Notes: generated by a model from the sequence alone, not told the origin. A stretch of 64,000 bases of DNA from Candidatus Bathyarchaeota archaeon (GCA_963739305.1 CAVTZU010000009.1:20399-84398), one strand, 5' to 3'. Shown: positions 30,365 through 39,254, counted from the first letter of the stretch. Numbers and translations are program-made.

Positions 30365-31591
30365 TTGGTTGAGACATTGTTCACGCTTGACGTGGAATGC
30401 AGCAAATGCGGAGAAACCTTTCCCGCTGATAAACTCCTGACCGTGTGCACAAAATGCGGCGGCGCCCTCCTTTTTCGGTACGACCTGAAACGCGTGGCCA
30501 GCAAATTATCAAAGGATATTCTGGAAAGAAGGGACGACACCTTCTGGAAATTCATCGAGCTGCTTCCACTCGCATCCGTTCAAAGCGTCATTTCCTTAGG
30601 TGAGCCGTACACGCCGGTGCTTCACTTTCCCGAAGATGGCGTCACAACTCTGAAGAACGTGTACGTCAAGGATGACGGTCGCCTTCCGACTGCAAGCTTC
30701 AAGGCACGAGGAATGGCTGTTGCAGTCTCAAAACTCAAAGAGTTAGGGGTTAAACGAATTGCCGTTCCGTCCGCAGGAAACGCTGCATCAGCCCTAGCTG
30801 CCTACGGAGCACTAGCCCGAGTGGAAGTGTACGCCTTCATGCCTCAAGATGTTCCCGAATTAATACTCAAGGAATGTCTCTATTTAGGAGCTAAGACGTA
30901 CCTCGTTAATGGATTGATCAATGATTGCGGCGAAATCGTCAAGAGGCTTCAGCCGAAATACGGGTGGTTCAACATTTCCACGAACAAGCAACCCTACAGA
31001 GTCGAAGGATACAAGGCAATCGCGTTTGAAATCGCAGAACAGTTCGATTGGAAACCGCCGGACACCATTATCTTCCCCACTGGAGGAGGCGAAGGAGTGA
31101 TAGGCATATGGAAAGGCTTCAAAGAACTGATTCAGCTTGGTTGGGTGGAGAAAGCGCCTCGTTTGATAATCGTTCAAGCTGCTGGATGCGCTCCCCTCGT
31201 CAAGGCATTTGACAGCAACGAGCCTGAAGTGAAAGTGCCTTGGGAAAACGCGGAAACGATAGCAGCCGGTCTCAAAGTCCCTTATCCCTTCGCGAGTTAT
31301 CTGATTTTCCGAGCCTTGAAAGAAACGAAGGGCACTGCGGTGGCGGTCGAAGATGATGAAATACTCGATTCCATGAAGACATTTTTGAAAATGGGAATTT
31401 ACGCGTGTCCAGAGGCAGCAGCGACTCTTTCAGGACTCAGGAAACTCGAAGACAGGGAAGAGTTTGATCGTGAAGAAACCGTACTGCTTTATCTGACTGG
31501 TAACGCGATGAAGTACTTCGACGAAATGAAGATAGAAAGAGAGCGGGTGCCCGTGCTTGAACGAAGCGCGGATTCACTTGGCAATATGTGA
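30365..31591 (+). CDS. thrC: threonine synthase
   Basis: N-terminal CxxC..CxxC, PTASFKARG, SAGNAA, FPTGGG, TGNAMKY. Confidence 0.88.
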   Translation: MVETLFTLDVECSKCGETFPADKLLTVCTKCGGALLFRYDLKRVASKLSKDILERRDDTFWKFIELLPLASVQSVISLGEPYTPVLHFPEDGVTTLKNVYVKDDGRLPTASFKARGMAVAVSKLKELGVKRIAVPSAGNAASALAAYGALARVEVYAFMPQDVPELILKECLYLGAKTYLVNGLINDCGEIVKRLQPKYGWFNISTNKQPYRVEGYKAIAFEIAEQFDWKPPDTIIFPTGGGEGVIGIWKGFKELIQLGWVEKAPRLIIVQAAGCAPLVKAFDSNEPEVKVPWENAETIAAGLKVPYPFASYLIFRALKETKGTAVAVEDDEILDSMKTFLKMGIYACPEAAATLSGLRKLEDREEFDREETVLLYLTGNAMKYFDEMKIERERVPVLERSADSLGNM

Positions 31592-31649
31592 ACAAAGCCG
31601 TGAAGACTTTTCCTCGCAGTAAAGAGTTAGGGACAATGCCCTGTTGGGT

Positions 31650-33042
31650 TTAGGCGTAAAGGTATTTTTGTCTCTCCCAGGCTGTCACTTCGTTTTTGTC
31701 TTTTGTCTCATGCGGTTCGTATTCGAGCCATTCTTGTTTCTTGAGCTGCACGTATTTTTCGGCAGTGTCCTTGCCCAGCGTCTTGATGCAGATGTCGTCC
31801 CTTTGCCATTCCTCTAGAGCTTCTAGGAGTGTCGTGGGCAGGGTCTTGATGTTGGACTCTTTTCGTTGTTCATCGGTCATGTGGTAGATGTTGGATTCCA
31901 CGGGGTCGCCTGGGTCGATCTTGTTTTTGAGGCCTTCCATTCCGGCTTCGAGCACCGCTGCATACGTGAGGTAAGGGTTGCAGAGCGGATCAGGGCAGCG
32001 AAACTCTATACGAGCTTCCATCGGGCTTTCAGGTGAGAAGGCCGGTATGCGAACTAGGGCTGAACGGTTTCTTTTGCTCCACGCGATATAAACGGGGGCC
32101 TCGTAGCCGGGAACAAGTCGCTTGTAACTGTTAACTGTCGGAGCTATTACTGCACAGAGAGCCCGCGCGTGCTCAAGTATGCCACCTATGAAGTACCTGC
32201 ATTCCTGACTGACGTATGCGTAGCCTTCCGAGTCAAAAAACGGATTTTTGCCTTTCTTGGTGTCAGTCAGTCCGAGGTGTATGTGCATCCCGCTGCCAGC
32301 CTTACCGTGCCAGGGCTTGGGCATGAACGTTGCCGTCCACCCGTACTTCTTGTCGGCGACGCCCTTCGTGGCGAACTTGTACCGCATTATCTTGTCAGCC
32401 GTGGTCAGTGGATCAGAGTACTTGAATGTGATCTCGTTCTGGGCTGAGCCTACTTCGTGATGTTCGCGCTCCACCTGAATTCCCATTGTGTTAAGCGTGT
32501 TTGACAATTCCATGCGGTAGGACTCGGTCAAGTCTCTTCCAGGCGCAATGTCGAAGTAGCGCTGCTTGTCGATGAGATGGTTCTCGACGGGGACGACTTC
32601 GCCGTTCTGATCCTTCTGGACCAGGTAGAATTCGAGTTCGGCCGCCGCGGTTGACTCATACCTCCAGTGATCGGATTTTGTCCATTTCTCTTCGGAGGAT
32701 GTATCTGGGGTCGCCTTCAAACTGCGTTTTGTCTGGTCGTTTTATGTCACAGATGAAGCCGGCGACGCTTTTGTCGTAGAAATAGTAGGGGCAAACGATG
32801 AAGGTGGAGGCGTCGGGTTTCATTATCATGTCGCTTTGCTCTATGTTTACGCCACCGAGCATCGAGGATCCGTCGAACGTTACGCCGTCATATAGGGCAT
32901 TCTTGGCTTCTTCGGCGGGTATTGTTCTTCCCTTCAGGTAGCCGAGAACGTCAGTAAAGTGTAGAAGGATGTAGTCAGCGTTTTTCGTAAGTCTGAGAGA
33001 CGCATCGATGTCTTGTATAGGTTGAGGCTTGACGTATACCAT
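31650..33042 (-). CDS. glnA: glutamine synthetase type I, one frameshift near 32665
   Basis: FDGSS, DPRYIL, ELEFY, HHEV, ATFMPKP, GSGMHIH, YKRLVPGYEAP, NRSALVRIP, RIEFRCPD. Confidence 0.92.
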
Positions 33043-33178
33043 GATGATTTCACCAGGTCAAATATATAACCAATTCAGAACGCATTGAACATATATAAGG
33101 CTTGTTCCAATTTTGAGAGGCAAACGTTAAATAATTGATTGATTTATTGGATGAATGTTTAGCGGTGGCGAGGTGATT

Positions 33179-33622
33179 ATGAACTTGGATGATACAAATG
33201 TCAAAATACTGAAAGCGTTGTCCGAAGATGCGAGGCTTTCGTCCAGACAAGTTGCCAAACAATGTGACATCTCGATTGGCACAGCATTGGCAAGAACCAA
33301 GAAGATGGAAGAAGAAGGCATAATCAAAGGATACACAGTTCTGCTTGATCAAGAAAAACTGGGCTACGAACTGACCGTTGTGACTGAAATAACGGTCTCG
33401 AAGGGCAGACTTCTGGAAATGGAAAATGAGATAGCGCGAATGCCTAACGTGTGCTGCGTTTACGACTTAACCGGCATGTCAGATGCGGCAATTATTGCGA
33501 AGTTCAAGACTCGTGACGAACTGAGCAGGTTTACGAAGCATCTGCTCTCTCTGCCATACGTGGAAAGGACGAATACGCATGTCGTGTTGACGACGATCAA
33601 GGAGGATTTTCGAATACTCTAG
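33179..33622 (+). CDS. Lrp/AsnC family transcriptional regulator, divergent from glnA
   Basis: LDDTNVKILKAL..DARLS..GIIKGYT; GAGGTGA before the ATG at 33179. Confidence 0.92.
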   Translation: MNLDDTNVKILKALSEDARLSSRQVAKQCDISIGTALARTKKMEEEGIIKGYTVLLDQEKLGYELTVVTEITVSKGRLLEMENEIARMPNVCCVYDLTGMSDAAIIAKFKTRDELSRFTKHLLSLPYVERTNTHVVLTTIKEDFRIL

Positions 33623-33723
33623 GAGCTTCGATAAACACTTACTTTTTTCTCCAATTGTATCAAAATTAATGGGCAAGACTTAATTTAGTCAAAAAGCTAC
33701 GAGATAGAGCGACCAGCAAGAAA

Positions 33724-33811
33724 GCGGGGGTTGCCAAGCATGGTCAAAGGCGTAGGCCTGAGGCGCCTATCCTGTAGAGGTTCGTGGGTTCAAATCCCAC
33801 CCCCCGCACCA
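33724..33811 (+). tRNA. tRNA-Leu(GAG)
   Basis: GCGGGGG...CCCCCGC-A-CCA acceptor; anticodon arm TAGGC-CTGAGGC-GCCTA; long variable arm; T-loop GTTCAAATC. Confidence 0.93.
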
Positions 33812-33862
33812 TCATTGAAGCGCGCGCGACCATATATTGAGCTTATTTAATCAATTGATTAA

Positions 33863-34168
33863 TTATTTGGGGCTTTGTGGGTAAGATTTGCTTTCAGCTT
33901 CTATGCCCAGAAAATGCTTTGCCACAACGAGATGCATAGATGGAACTATAGCATGTATAGCGGCAAAGATTGCCAGCAGAAACCAAGATAATGATGTCAA
34001 GCCAAGAGTAGTGTTCAAAGCATCACCAATGATTCCTATAACAGCGAATAGAAAGCTAAGTAACGAACTAACGCCACTAGCCATCGCACATCTTCTAATC
34101 TCAGCTATTACGTGCTCACGGTTCTTGTAAGGTTGGTCTTGTAACATGTTTGCCATACTGCACATCAC
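33863..34168 (-). CDS. small two-TM hypothetical protein
   Basis: Two hydrophobic segments; GAGGGGGTG upstream. Confidence 0.6.
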   Translation of the reverse strand: MMCSMANMLQDQPYKNREHVIAEIRRCAMASGVSSLLSFLFAVIGIIGDALNTTLGLTSLSWFLLAIFAAIHAIVPSMHLVVAKHFLGIEAESKSYPQSPK

Positions 34169-34214
34169 CCCCTCTTTTCTTTAATGTCGAGTGAAGTAAT
34201 GTCTTTTCGGTTTA

Positions 34215-34244
34215 GCTATAACTTTTCCGCAAAACCAAAAACTG
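34215..34244 (-). repeat. left copy of a 30-bp inverted repeat with BRE/TATA-like core
   Basis: GCTATAACTTTTCCGCAAAACCAAAAACTG; reverse complement at 34833-34863. Confidence 0.8.
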
Positions 34245-34353
34245 GCTTTCTCCAAGAAATATGCCTAAAGCGTAGTCCACTAGCTTAGTCTTTAATATTG
34301 TCCTAAGTGATTTTGTCCTTAGGTGTCGAGCACAGGAAACAGGGAGATACACT

Positions 34354-34698
34354 ATGGAGAACGTTGGAAGGCTTGAACAGTTTTGGCACGATTTCGTGAA
34401 AGTTTTCCCCGAGACGGTGGAACTCGAAGGAGCGATTGTCGCTCATTGGCTCCAAATCCCTGTGACTATCTTCAACCATGTCACAAACATCAACGTCACT
34501 GGAGACAGGGCTGAGGTTCTCGTGAAAACGGTCATCAGTCATTTTGCGTCGAAGGGACTACCCTTTGCTTGTTTTCGAGTTTCTCCGTTGACTCTCCCTT
34601 CGTTCATTTCACTCCTTGAGCGTCTCGGCTTTGAGAAGGAGTCAGAGCAATCAAACTCTGTGGAGACTCCTATCTTCGTGTACCTCTACCACCAATGA
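34354..34698 (+). pseudogene. probable truncated GNAT-like protein (N-terminal part)
   Basis: FNHV..LISLLERLGF-type segment, then an abrupt end. Confidence 0.4.
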
Positions 34699-34754
34699 GG
34701 AACCTTTAAACTACTCTAGAAAAAAATGGGATTGTGCGGGAGACATCTCTATTT

Positions 34755-34780
34755 ATCCTGGGTTCAAATCCCAGCGACCG
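34755..34780 (+). other. orphan tRNA 3'-half remnant (Gly-like), att-like
   Basis: ATC-CTGGG-TTCAAAT-CCCAG-CGACCG: T-arm plus acceptor strand, no 5' half. Confidence 0.6.
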
Positions 34781-34832
34781 TAACGCTGACGTAGGCGCCG
34801 TCGGCGTTTACATTCTCTTTCTGAACAGTTTT

Positions 34833-34863
34833 CAGTTTTTTGGTTTTGCGGAAAAGTTATAGC
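34833..34863 (+). repeat. right copy of the 30-bp inverted repeat
   Basis: CAGTTTTTTGGTTTTGCGGAAAAGTTATAGC (one extra T relative to the left copy). Confidence 0.8.
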
Positions 34864-34897
34864 CGAACCAAGTAAATAATCAAATTGTGACGCAACG

Positions 34898-35263
34898 GTG
34901 ACTACGCCCGAAAAACCTAGAATCACGTGCAATATCTTGCTTGTTGTCGCGTTTGTAATTGTTTGCTTCATGGTTAATCTAATGTTGTTCTCTCTTGGAT
35001 ATTTTAGAGATGCAACTTCGCTTTTTCTCATCGTGTTTGGGTTCGTTGCGGCTATGGTTCTTCTTGTTGTTGCCTATAAGAATCCAATGCGTCCGACTTC
35101 ATTCAGAAGCATGATGAGAAGATATGAACTTGCCTTCATAATCTGCGGAGCATGCTTTGCTCCAGCCATAGCGTTCTTTGGGGGCGGTCTAATTCTCCTT
35201 GCAATATTACCCTACTTAAATATTCCATCTCGTCCTCCAAAAATATTTTTCCGCAGGCGCTAA
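34898..35263 (+). CDS. small multi-TM hypothetical protein
   Basis: Three to four hydrophobic segments. Confidence 0.6.
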   Translation: MTTPEKPRITCNILLVVAFVIVCFMVNLMLFSLGYFRDATSLFLIVFGFVAAMVLLVVAYKNPMRPTSFRSMMRRYELAFIICGACFAPAIAFFGGGLILLAILPYLNIPSRPPKIFFRRR

Positions 35264-35269
35264 TCTTGT

Positions 35270-35467
35270 TTGGGTTTAGATGAAGAACTCGAACCTATTC
35301 ATGAATTGGGCGACACCGTTCGCAATCTGTATGAAAGCCTCAATCCCATAGCCCATCTGCGAGAATACGAGACTAATCTGCAAGCCTTGACAGAAAGCCT
35401 TATTGATCAATGCCAAATCTACTTGCTCAAACTCTTGGAATTCCGAACCAAATACTTCAGAAGTTAG
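35270..35467 (+). CDS. short hypothetical protein or gene fragment
   Basis: Helical 65-aa ORF; stop followed by (GC)5 at 35471-35480. Confidence 0.35.
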   Translation: MGLDEELEPIHELGDTVRNLYESLNPIAHLREYETNLQALTESLIDQCQIYLLKLLEFRTKYFRS

Positions 35468-35482
35468 CCGGCGCGCGCGCAA

Positions 35483-35495
35483 TGGTAGCCCGGGA
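35483..35495 (-). other. tRNA-Gln-like 3' end remnant (att-like)
   Basis: Minus strand TCCCGGGCTACCA; 12/13 identical to 39098-39110. Confidence 0.5.
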
Positions 35496-35645
35496 GTTAC
35501 CGTTCCCAGATTGTAATTTATACCAAAATCCCTTTTTTATTTCGCTCACGTGTCTGCCTCTTCCGAGCGCGCGCTACTTCTTGCTATATCGTTGGGTTAC
35601 CGGCTGAAGGTAATGTTTCTTCTTTGATTTTTTCAACGCAGAGCT

Positions 35646-36941
35646 CTATGTTCCGGCGGGGTTGAGCATTTCTCCCATGAACAGGATTGAGCCTGAGCGG
35701 TCGTCCCTGATTTCATAGTAGAACGGTCTATTGACCACAAAACTGGGCGGGGTTCCTGGTCCAATTGCTGTTATGCCTACGCCTACGCTAGTAACTGCAG
35801 CTGCTTCGGTCCCTTCTTCATTTACTTCAACAACAGCTTTGTGGTCCACGTACGAAACGTACAGATTTCCTGAGGCTGTTGATGCGATGCCCGTGAAGTT
35901 GGCTTGGTCAGGGTCAAATGCTATTCCCATGCCCAAGTTATTTAGAACGCCGTTGAGACGTTTCGTACCGTACTCCACTTGAAATTTCGGCATCTTGACT
36001 ATAAGGTCTTCTAGGGGCTGAAGTCTGCTGACGTATCCGTCGTGAACAGTCTGGTTCAGGCCGGTGACAAACGAGTCGAGAGAAACACCTTCCTTCGGCA
36101 AGAAAATGTACATTGCGACTTTGTCTCTTCCGTAGGGCAGTCTTGCTATTTCACAGTTCTCGCCTGAGTAGTAACTGAAGTTGCTCGAAGTGGTCATCAT
36201 GTCAACCTTTACGTGGCTTCCGTCACCCAAGAAGAAGTCCTGCTGCTGCGTCTTGACCTTGTCGAATTCTGTTGTCCATGTCCCCTTGAAGTATATCGCG
36301 TTGATCAGAAGCATCACCAGCTCAGGGCTCAGGTTGTTCATTATCTGTTTTATCTTGCCCGCGGTTTGCTTGTTTACCCAATCGTTGATTTCGTTAACAG
36401 TCTGGAGACTACTAAAATCGCGCGTAAACATCTCGCTGTCATACGAGGTTCCCACACTATGCAGGAAACTTGGTTTGACAAAGGGCTCAAACTCCTGCTT
36501 CATCCAAACCGAGTTACTGATCAGCAGCTTCACTGCTTGGTCAACGTTCTCCAGGCTCTGTATCAAAGCCGAGTATTCTTGGTTTATCTCTTCCAAAGTC
36601 ATGTTTCCAAAATTGAGAGTCTTCGCCATCGCGTCTCTGGTCGTACCTTCTGCGCCGTTGTAGAGCATTGCCAAAGCTATCGAGACGCTAAGAGGAGAAA
36701 TGAAAACGTTTGTGTTCGTATCCTCAGTGAGAAGCATCTTGAACAGGTCAAAGGCAAACTTTGTGTTTGCTGAGACTAACTTCGGGTCGACAGAATAGGC
36801 TTTTTCGTCAGATGTGGCATACGCTGAATTCGAGACGCTTCTCAGATAATAGACCAGCGTTACGTAACTGACCAGAATAATAGATACTAACGCTAATGAT
36901 ATTACGATCAGCTTTCGATTTCCAACGGCACGCTTCCGCAC
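35646..36941 (-). CDS. membrane-anchored serpin
   Basis: NVFISPLS, INAIYFKGTW, hinge EEGTEAAAVT, NRPF, ILFMG; N-terminal TM. Confidence 0.95.
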   Translation of the reverse strand: MRKRAVGNRKLIVISLALVSIILVSYVTLVYYLRSVSNSAYATSDEKAYSVDPKLVSANTKFAFDLFKMLLTEDTNTNVFISPLSVSIALAMLYNGAEGTTRDAMAKTLNFGNMTLEEINQEYSALIQSLENVDQAVKLLISNSVWMKQEFEPFVKPSFLHSVGTSYDSEMFTRDFSSLQTVNEINDWVNKQTAGKIKQIMNNLSPELVMLLINAIYFKGTWTTEFDKVKTQQQDFFLGDGSHVKVDMMTTSSNFSYYSGENCEIARLPYGRDKVAMYIFLPKEGVSLDSFVTGLNQTVHDGYVSRLQPLEDLIVKMPKFQVEYGTKRLNGVLNNLGMGIAFDPDQANFTGIASTASGNLYVSYVDHKAVVEVNEEGTEAAAVTSVGVGITAIGPGTPPSFVVNRPFYYEIRDDRSGSILFMGEMLNPAGT

Positions 36942-37066
36942 AGACTATCCCCGAATAGGACACTTGAGGTTCGCTGTATTTAGTTCTAAGCGTCAGAACA
37001 TACAGTTCCAAGAGTTAGAACAGGGTCTTACCACGCGCGCGCGAAGTGGGAAACTAACGCGCTCTC

Positions 37067-37726
37067 TTATTTTGAGCTCGGTCTGGGCAGGAGGTATGTC
37101 TCTGCAGGCACTGACCCGTATATCTTCTTGATAAGTCGCAACCCCGACTTCTGATTCAGGGTTGGCTTCCAATAACTTGCTAACAGCTCTCGCGCTTTCA
37201 CGTTTCCGCTGCCAATCGCCCAGGCGTCACACTCGGTCTGAGACCCCAACACGTCTATGTCAGCAATCTTCTGGACTCCGCCATCAAACCCTCCGAGGAG
37301 AACGAAGAGAGCAAGCGGTCGCTTGACCGTGCTCACCGCGTGCTCGTGGAGGATGTCCCGAATCCTGCGAGCGGCATCCCTGAATGTCTGGGTGTCCTGA
37401 CTCGTAAGCATATCATGAACATGGAACATGTCTCCTATATTGCCAGTGGCCACGAACGCCAACGATTGGGCCACATGCCAGATCGAAGGAATTCCTCTCC
37501 CCAATTCTGTCTTGACAGAACCTTTCCCTTTGGCCAAAATCAGTCCATCCAACGTCTTCATCGCGACAGCGAGGTTTCCGCCTGATGGGCACTTCCGAGC
37601 CCACTCCACCTGGAGTAGTCTCCCTTCTGGCGTGAACATACCGGGCTTGGCAAAATCCATCGAGTCTTCGGGAAGCGGCGGGTTCTTGCTCGGTGTTCCG
37701 ATGCGCGATTTTGTCCTACCCATCAA
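37067..37726 (-). CDS. divergent proteasome alpha-subunit-like protein
   Basis: FTPEGRLLQVEWAR..GNLAVAMKTLDGLILA, RPLA..LLGG, AIGSG. Confidence 0.75.
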   Translation of the reverse strand: MMGRTKSRIGTPSKNPPLPEDSMDFAKPGMFTPEGRLLQVEWARKCPSGGNLAVAMKTLDGLILAKGKGSVKTELGRGIPSIWHVAQSLAFVATGNIGDMFHVHDMLTSQDTQTFRDAARRIRDILHEHAVSTVKRPLALFVLLGGFDGGVQKIADIDVLGSQTECDAWAIGSGNVKARELLASYWKPTLNQKSGLRLIKKIYGSVPAETYLLPRPSSK

Positions 37727-37791
37727 ATTTACCAGTTGAATGAATGCGTAGCCGCGCTATTTCAGCTTTTTCTGGCGCGCGCTTTTGCCTG

Positions 37792-38235
37792 CTATTTTTC
37801 GCAGAACCGTTTTGGAACTCTGAAATTCGTTGCAATGTCAGATGGACGGCCATACGGCTTGATGTCCAGAACCGGAGTCCTATCAAGAGCGTCAAGACCT
37901 CTTACCCAAAGAACATTTTCTTCACGTTTAACAAGCTCTACCAAAGTCAAACCGATAGGATTCGGACGAATTGGGCCCCTGCATGCAAGAACCCCTACAG
38001 ATGGTGTTTCTGCTCTACCTTCACTATGAACTGACCTTCTTTGAGCATTCGATATCTTGTGCATCCAATATATAATGAAAACGTGGGAAAACTCTTCAAC
38101 GCCGTCCAGAGCTTTGACAAGATTTTTCTTGAGCATTATCTTTGAAACAAGGCTTTTGTCTCTGACATTCTCATCAGATGATGTACGTCTAACAAAACCT
38201 ATAGGCTTGATTTCAATCTTCTTTAAAGCCGACAA
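37792..38235 (-). CDS. tsaA: tRNA m6t6A37 methyltransferase TrmO/TsaA family
   Basis: IKPIGFV, EEFSHV, RPNPIGLT, GLDALDRTPVLDIKPY; real start about 38235 (ORF-track N-terminus is chimeric). Confidence 0.85.
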   Translation of the reverse strand: MSALKKIEIKPIGFVRRTSSDENVRDKSLVSKIMLKKNLVKALDGVEEFSHVFIIYWMHKISNAQRRSVHSEGRAETPSVGVLACRGPIRPNPIGLTLVELVKREENVLWVRGLDALDRTPVLDIKPYGRPSDIATNFRVPKRFCEK

Positions 38236-38296
38236 CGCTACCACGACAACAATAAGGTATCCTGAAGTAAGATAACTGTTTTTTTCGCGCATCTGT

Positions 38297-38604
38297 CGCG
38301 CGCGCCTGCCTATTCCTTGTCCCTGATGCTTTTTTGCGACATCGAGTTCTTCTATCGCAAAATTGTCTTTTTTCTGTGCGAAATATACAAATCCAATGGG
38401 CTTCTGACTCATTTCTGCAACGAAAACATTTTGTCCTGAGCGCGCGCGAAAGCTGTTGTCTTAGTTGCATCAGAAACTTTGCGGTTTCACTTGTCGATGG
38501 AACAAAACCCTTCAGTTCTTCTCCGTGTATAGAGTTGCGCGCGCTACTTCTTCAAAGTCTCTTTGAACAGTTCAATGGGACAGTAGTTCTTGTAGTGCGC
38601 GCGC
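38297..38604. repeat. cluster of four (GC)n tracts of 8-9 nt
   Basis: Tracts at 38297, 38440, 38537 and 38597. Confidence 0.85.
38306..38439 (-). pseudogene. GNAT acetyltransferase internal fragment bounded by (GC)n tracts
   Basis: PIGFVYF..IEELDVAKKHQGQGIGR ends exactly at the tract 38297-38305. Confidence 0.7.
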
Positions 38605-38663
38605 TGAAATCTTATAGGACTTTCGTACATTAACAGGAGTTTGCGGTCAGGAGGTGATAAGTC

Positions 38664-38999
38664 GTGATTGAGAAGGTATGTCATATTACCTTTCCTGTTT
38701 CGGATCTGAAAAAGGCCGTGTTTTTCTATGAAAATATCCTTGAGCTTAAAAAGACTGGCGAATGGTCCAATTATGCAACCTTTGATGTTGGAGGAGTGCA
38801 GTTTGGTCTTGAACCATCAAAGAGGTTTGAGATTTTTCTGCTTGTGGACGATGTTGACAGGGCCTATCGGGATCTCAAGGCGAAAGGGGTTGAATTCACG
38901 ACGGAGCCAAAAGATCAGCATTGGGGTGCTCGAGCAGCAACATTCATGGACCCTGACGGAAACAAGTTCACCATAGAAACTTTCAAGAAAGACAAATAG
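38664..38999 (+). CDS. VOC/glyoxalase family protein
   Basis: HITFPVSDL..FY..LEL, VDDVD, WGAR..FMDPDGN; GGAGGTGA upstream. Confidence 0.92.
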   Translation: MIEKVCHITFPVSDLKKAVFFYENILELKKTGEWSNYATFDVGGVQFGLEPSKRFEIFLLVDDVDRAYRDLKAKGVEFTTEPKDQHWGARAATFMDPDGNKFTIETFKKDK

Positions 39000-39097
39000 C
39001 ATCCACCTGAAAACTGGAAAGGAAAGTAGCAAGAGACTCCCATGCTCCGCACCTTTTTTAGGCCAAGAGCTTGAACGTCGTCCTCACTCGGATTTCA

Positions 39098-39125
39098 TGA
39101 TAGCCCGGGAAAGTTTCGAACTTTC
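39098..39125 (-). other. tRNA-Gln-like T-arm plus acceptor remnant (att-like)
   Basis: Minus strand GAAAG-TTCGAAA-CTTTC-CCGGGCT-A-TCA. Confidence 0.55.
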
Positions 39126-39163
39126 GCCAAACATAATCTGAGCATATTTTTACTGGTAAAGTC

Positions 39164-39181
39164 GGGTGGGGGGTCCCACCC
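39164..39181. other. perfect GC-rich hairpin between convergent genes
   Basis: GGGTGGG-GGGT-CCCACCC. Confidence 0.5.
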
Positions 39182-39254
39182 ACGCACTTCAAAACAGACC
39201 CACAATTGTTTTGAAGCGCGCCTTGTCAGTTCGTGTAATGAACTTCTTTGTTTC

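Noticed and set aside
37792-38412. Apparent GNAT-TsaA fusion protein
   Set aside because: Chance in-frame join across a (GC)n tract; the GNAT part is an incomplete fragment.
38297-38604. Possible CRISPR array or integron attC array
   Set aside because: Repeats are only 8-9 nt, spacers vary from 50 to 135 nt, there are no cas or intI genes in the window, and no RYYYAAC/GTTRRRY-bounded hairpins were seen.
39098-39180. Complete tRNA gene on the minus strand
   Set aside because: Only the T-arm and 3' acceptor strand are present; no matching 5' acceptor, D-arm or anticodon arm.
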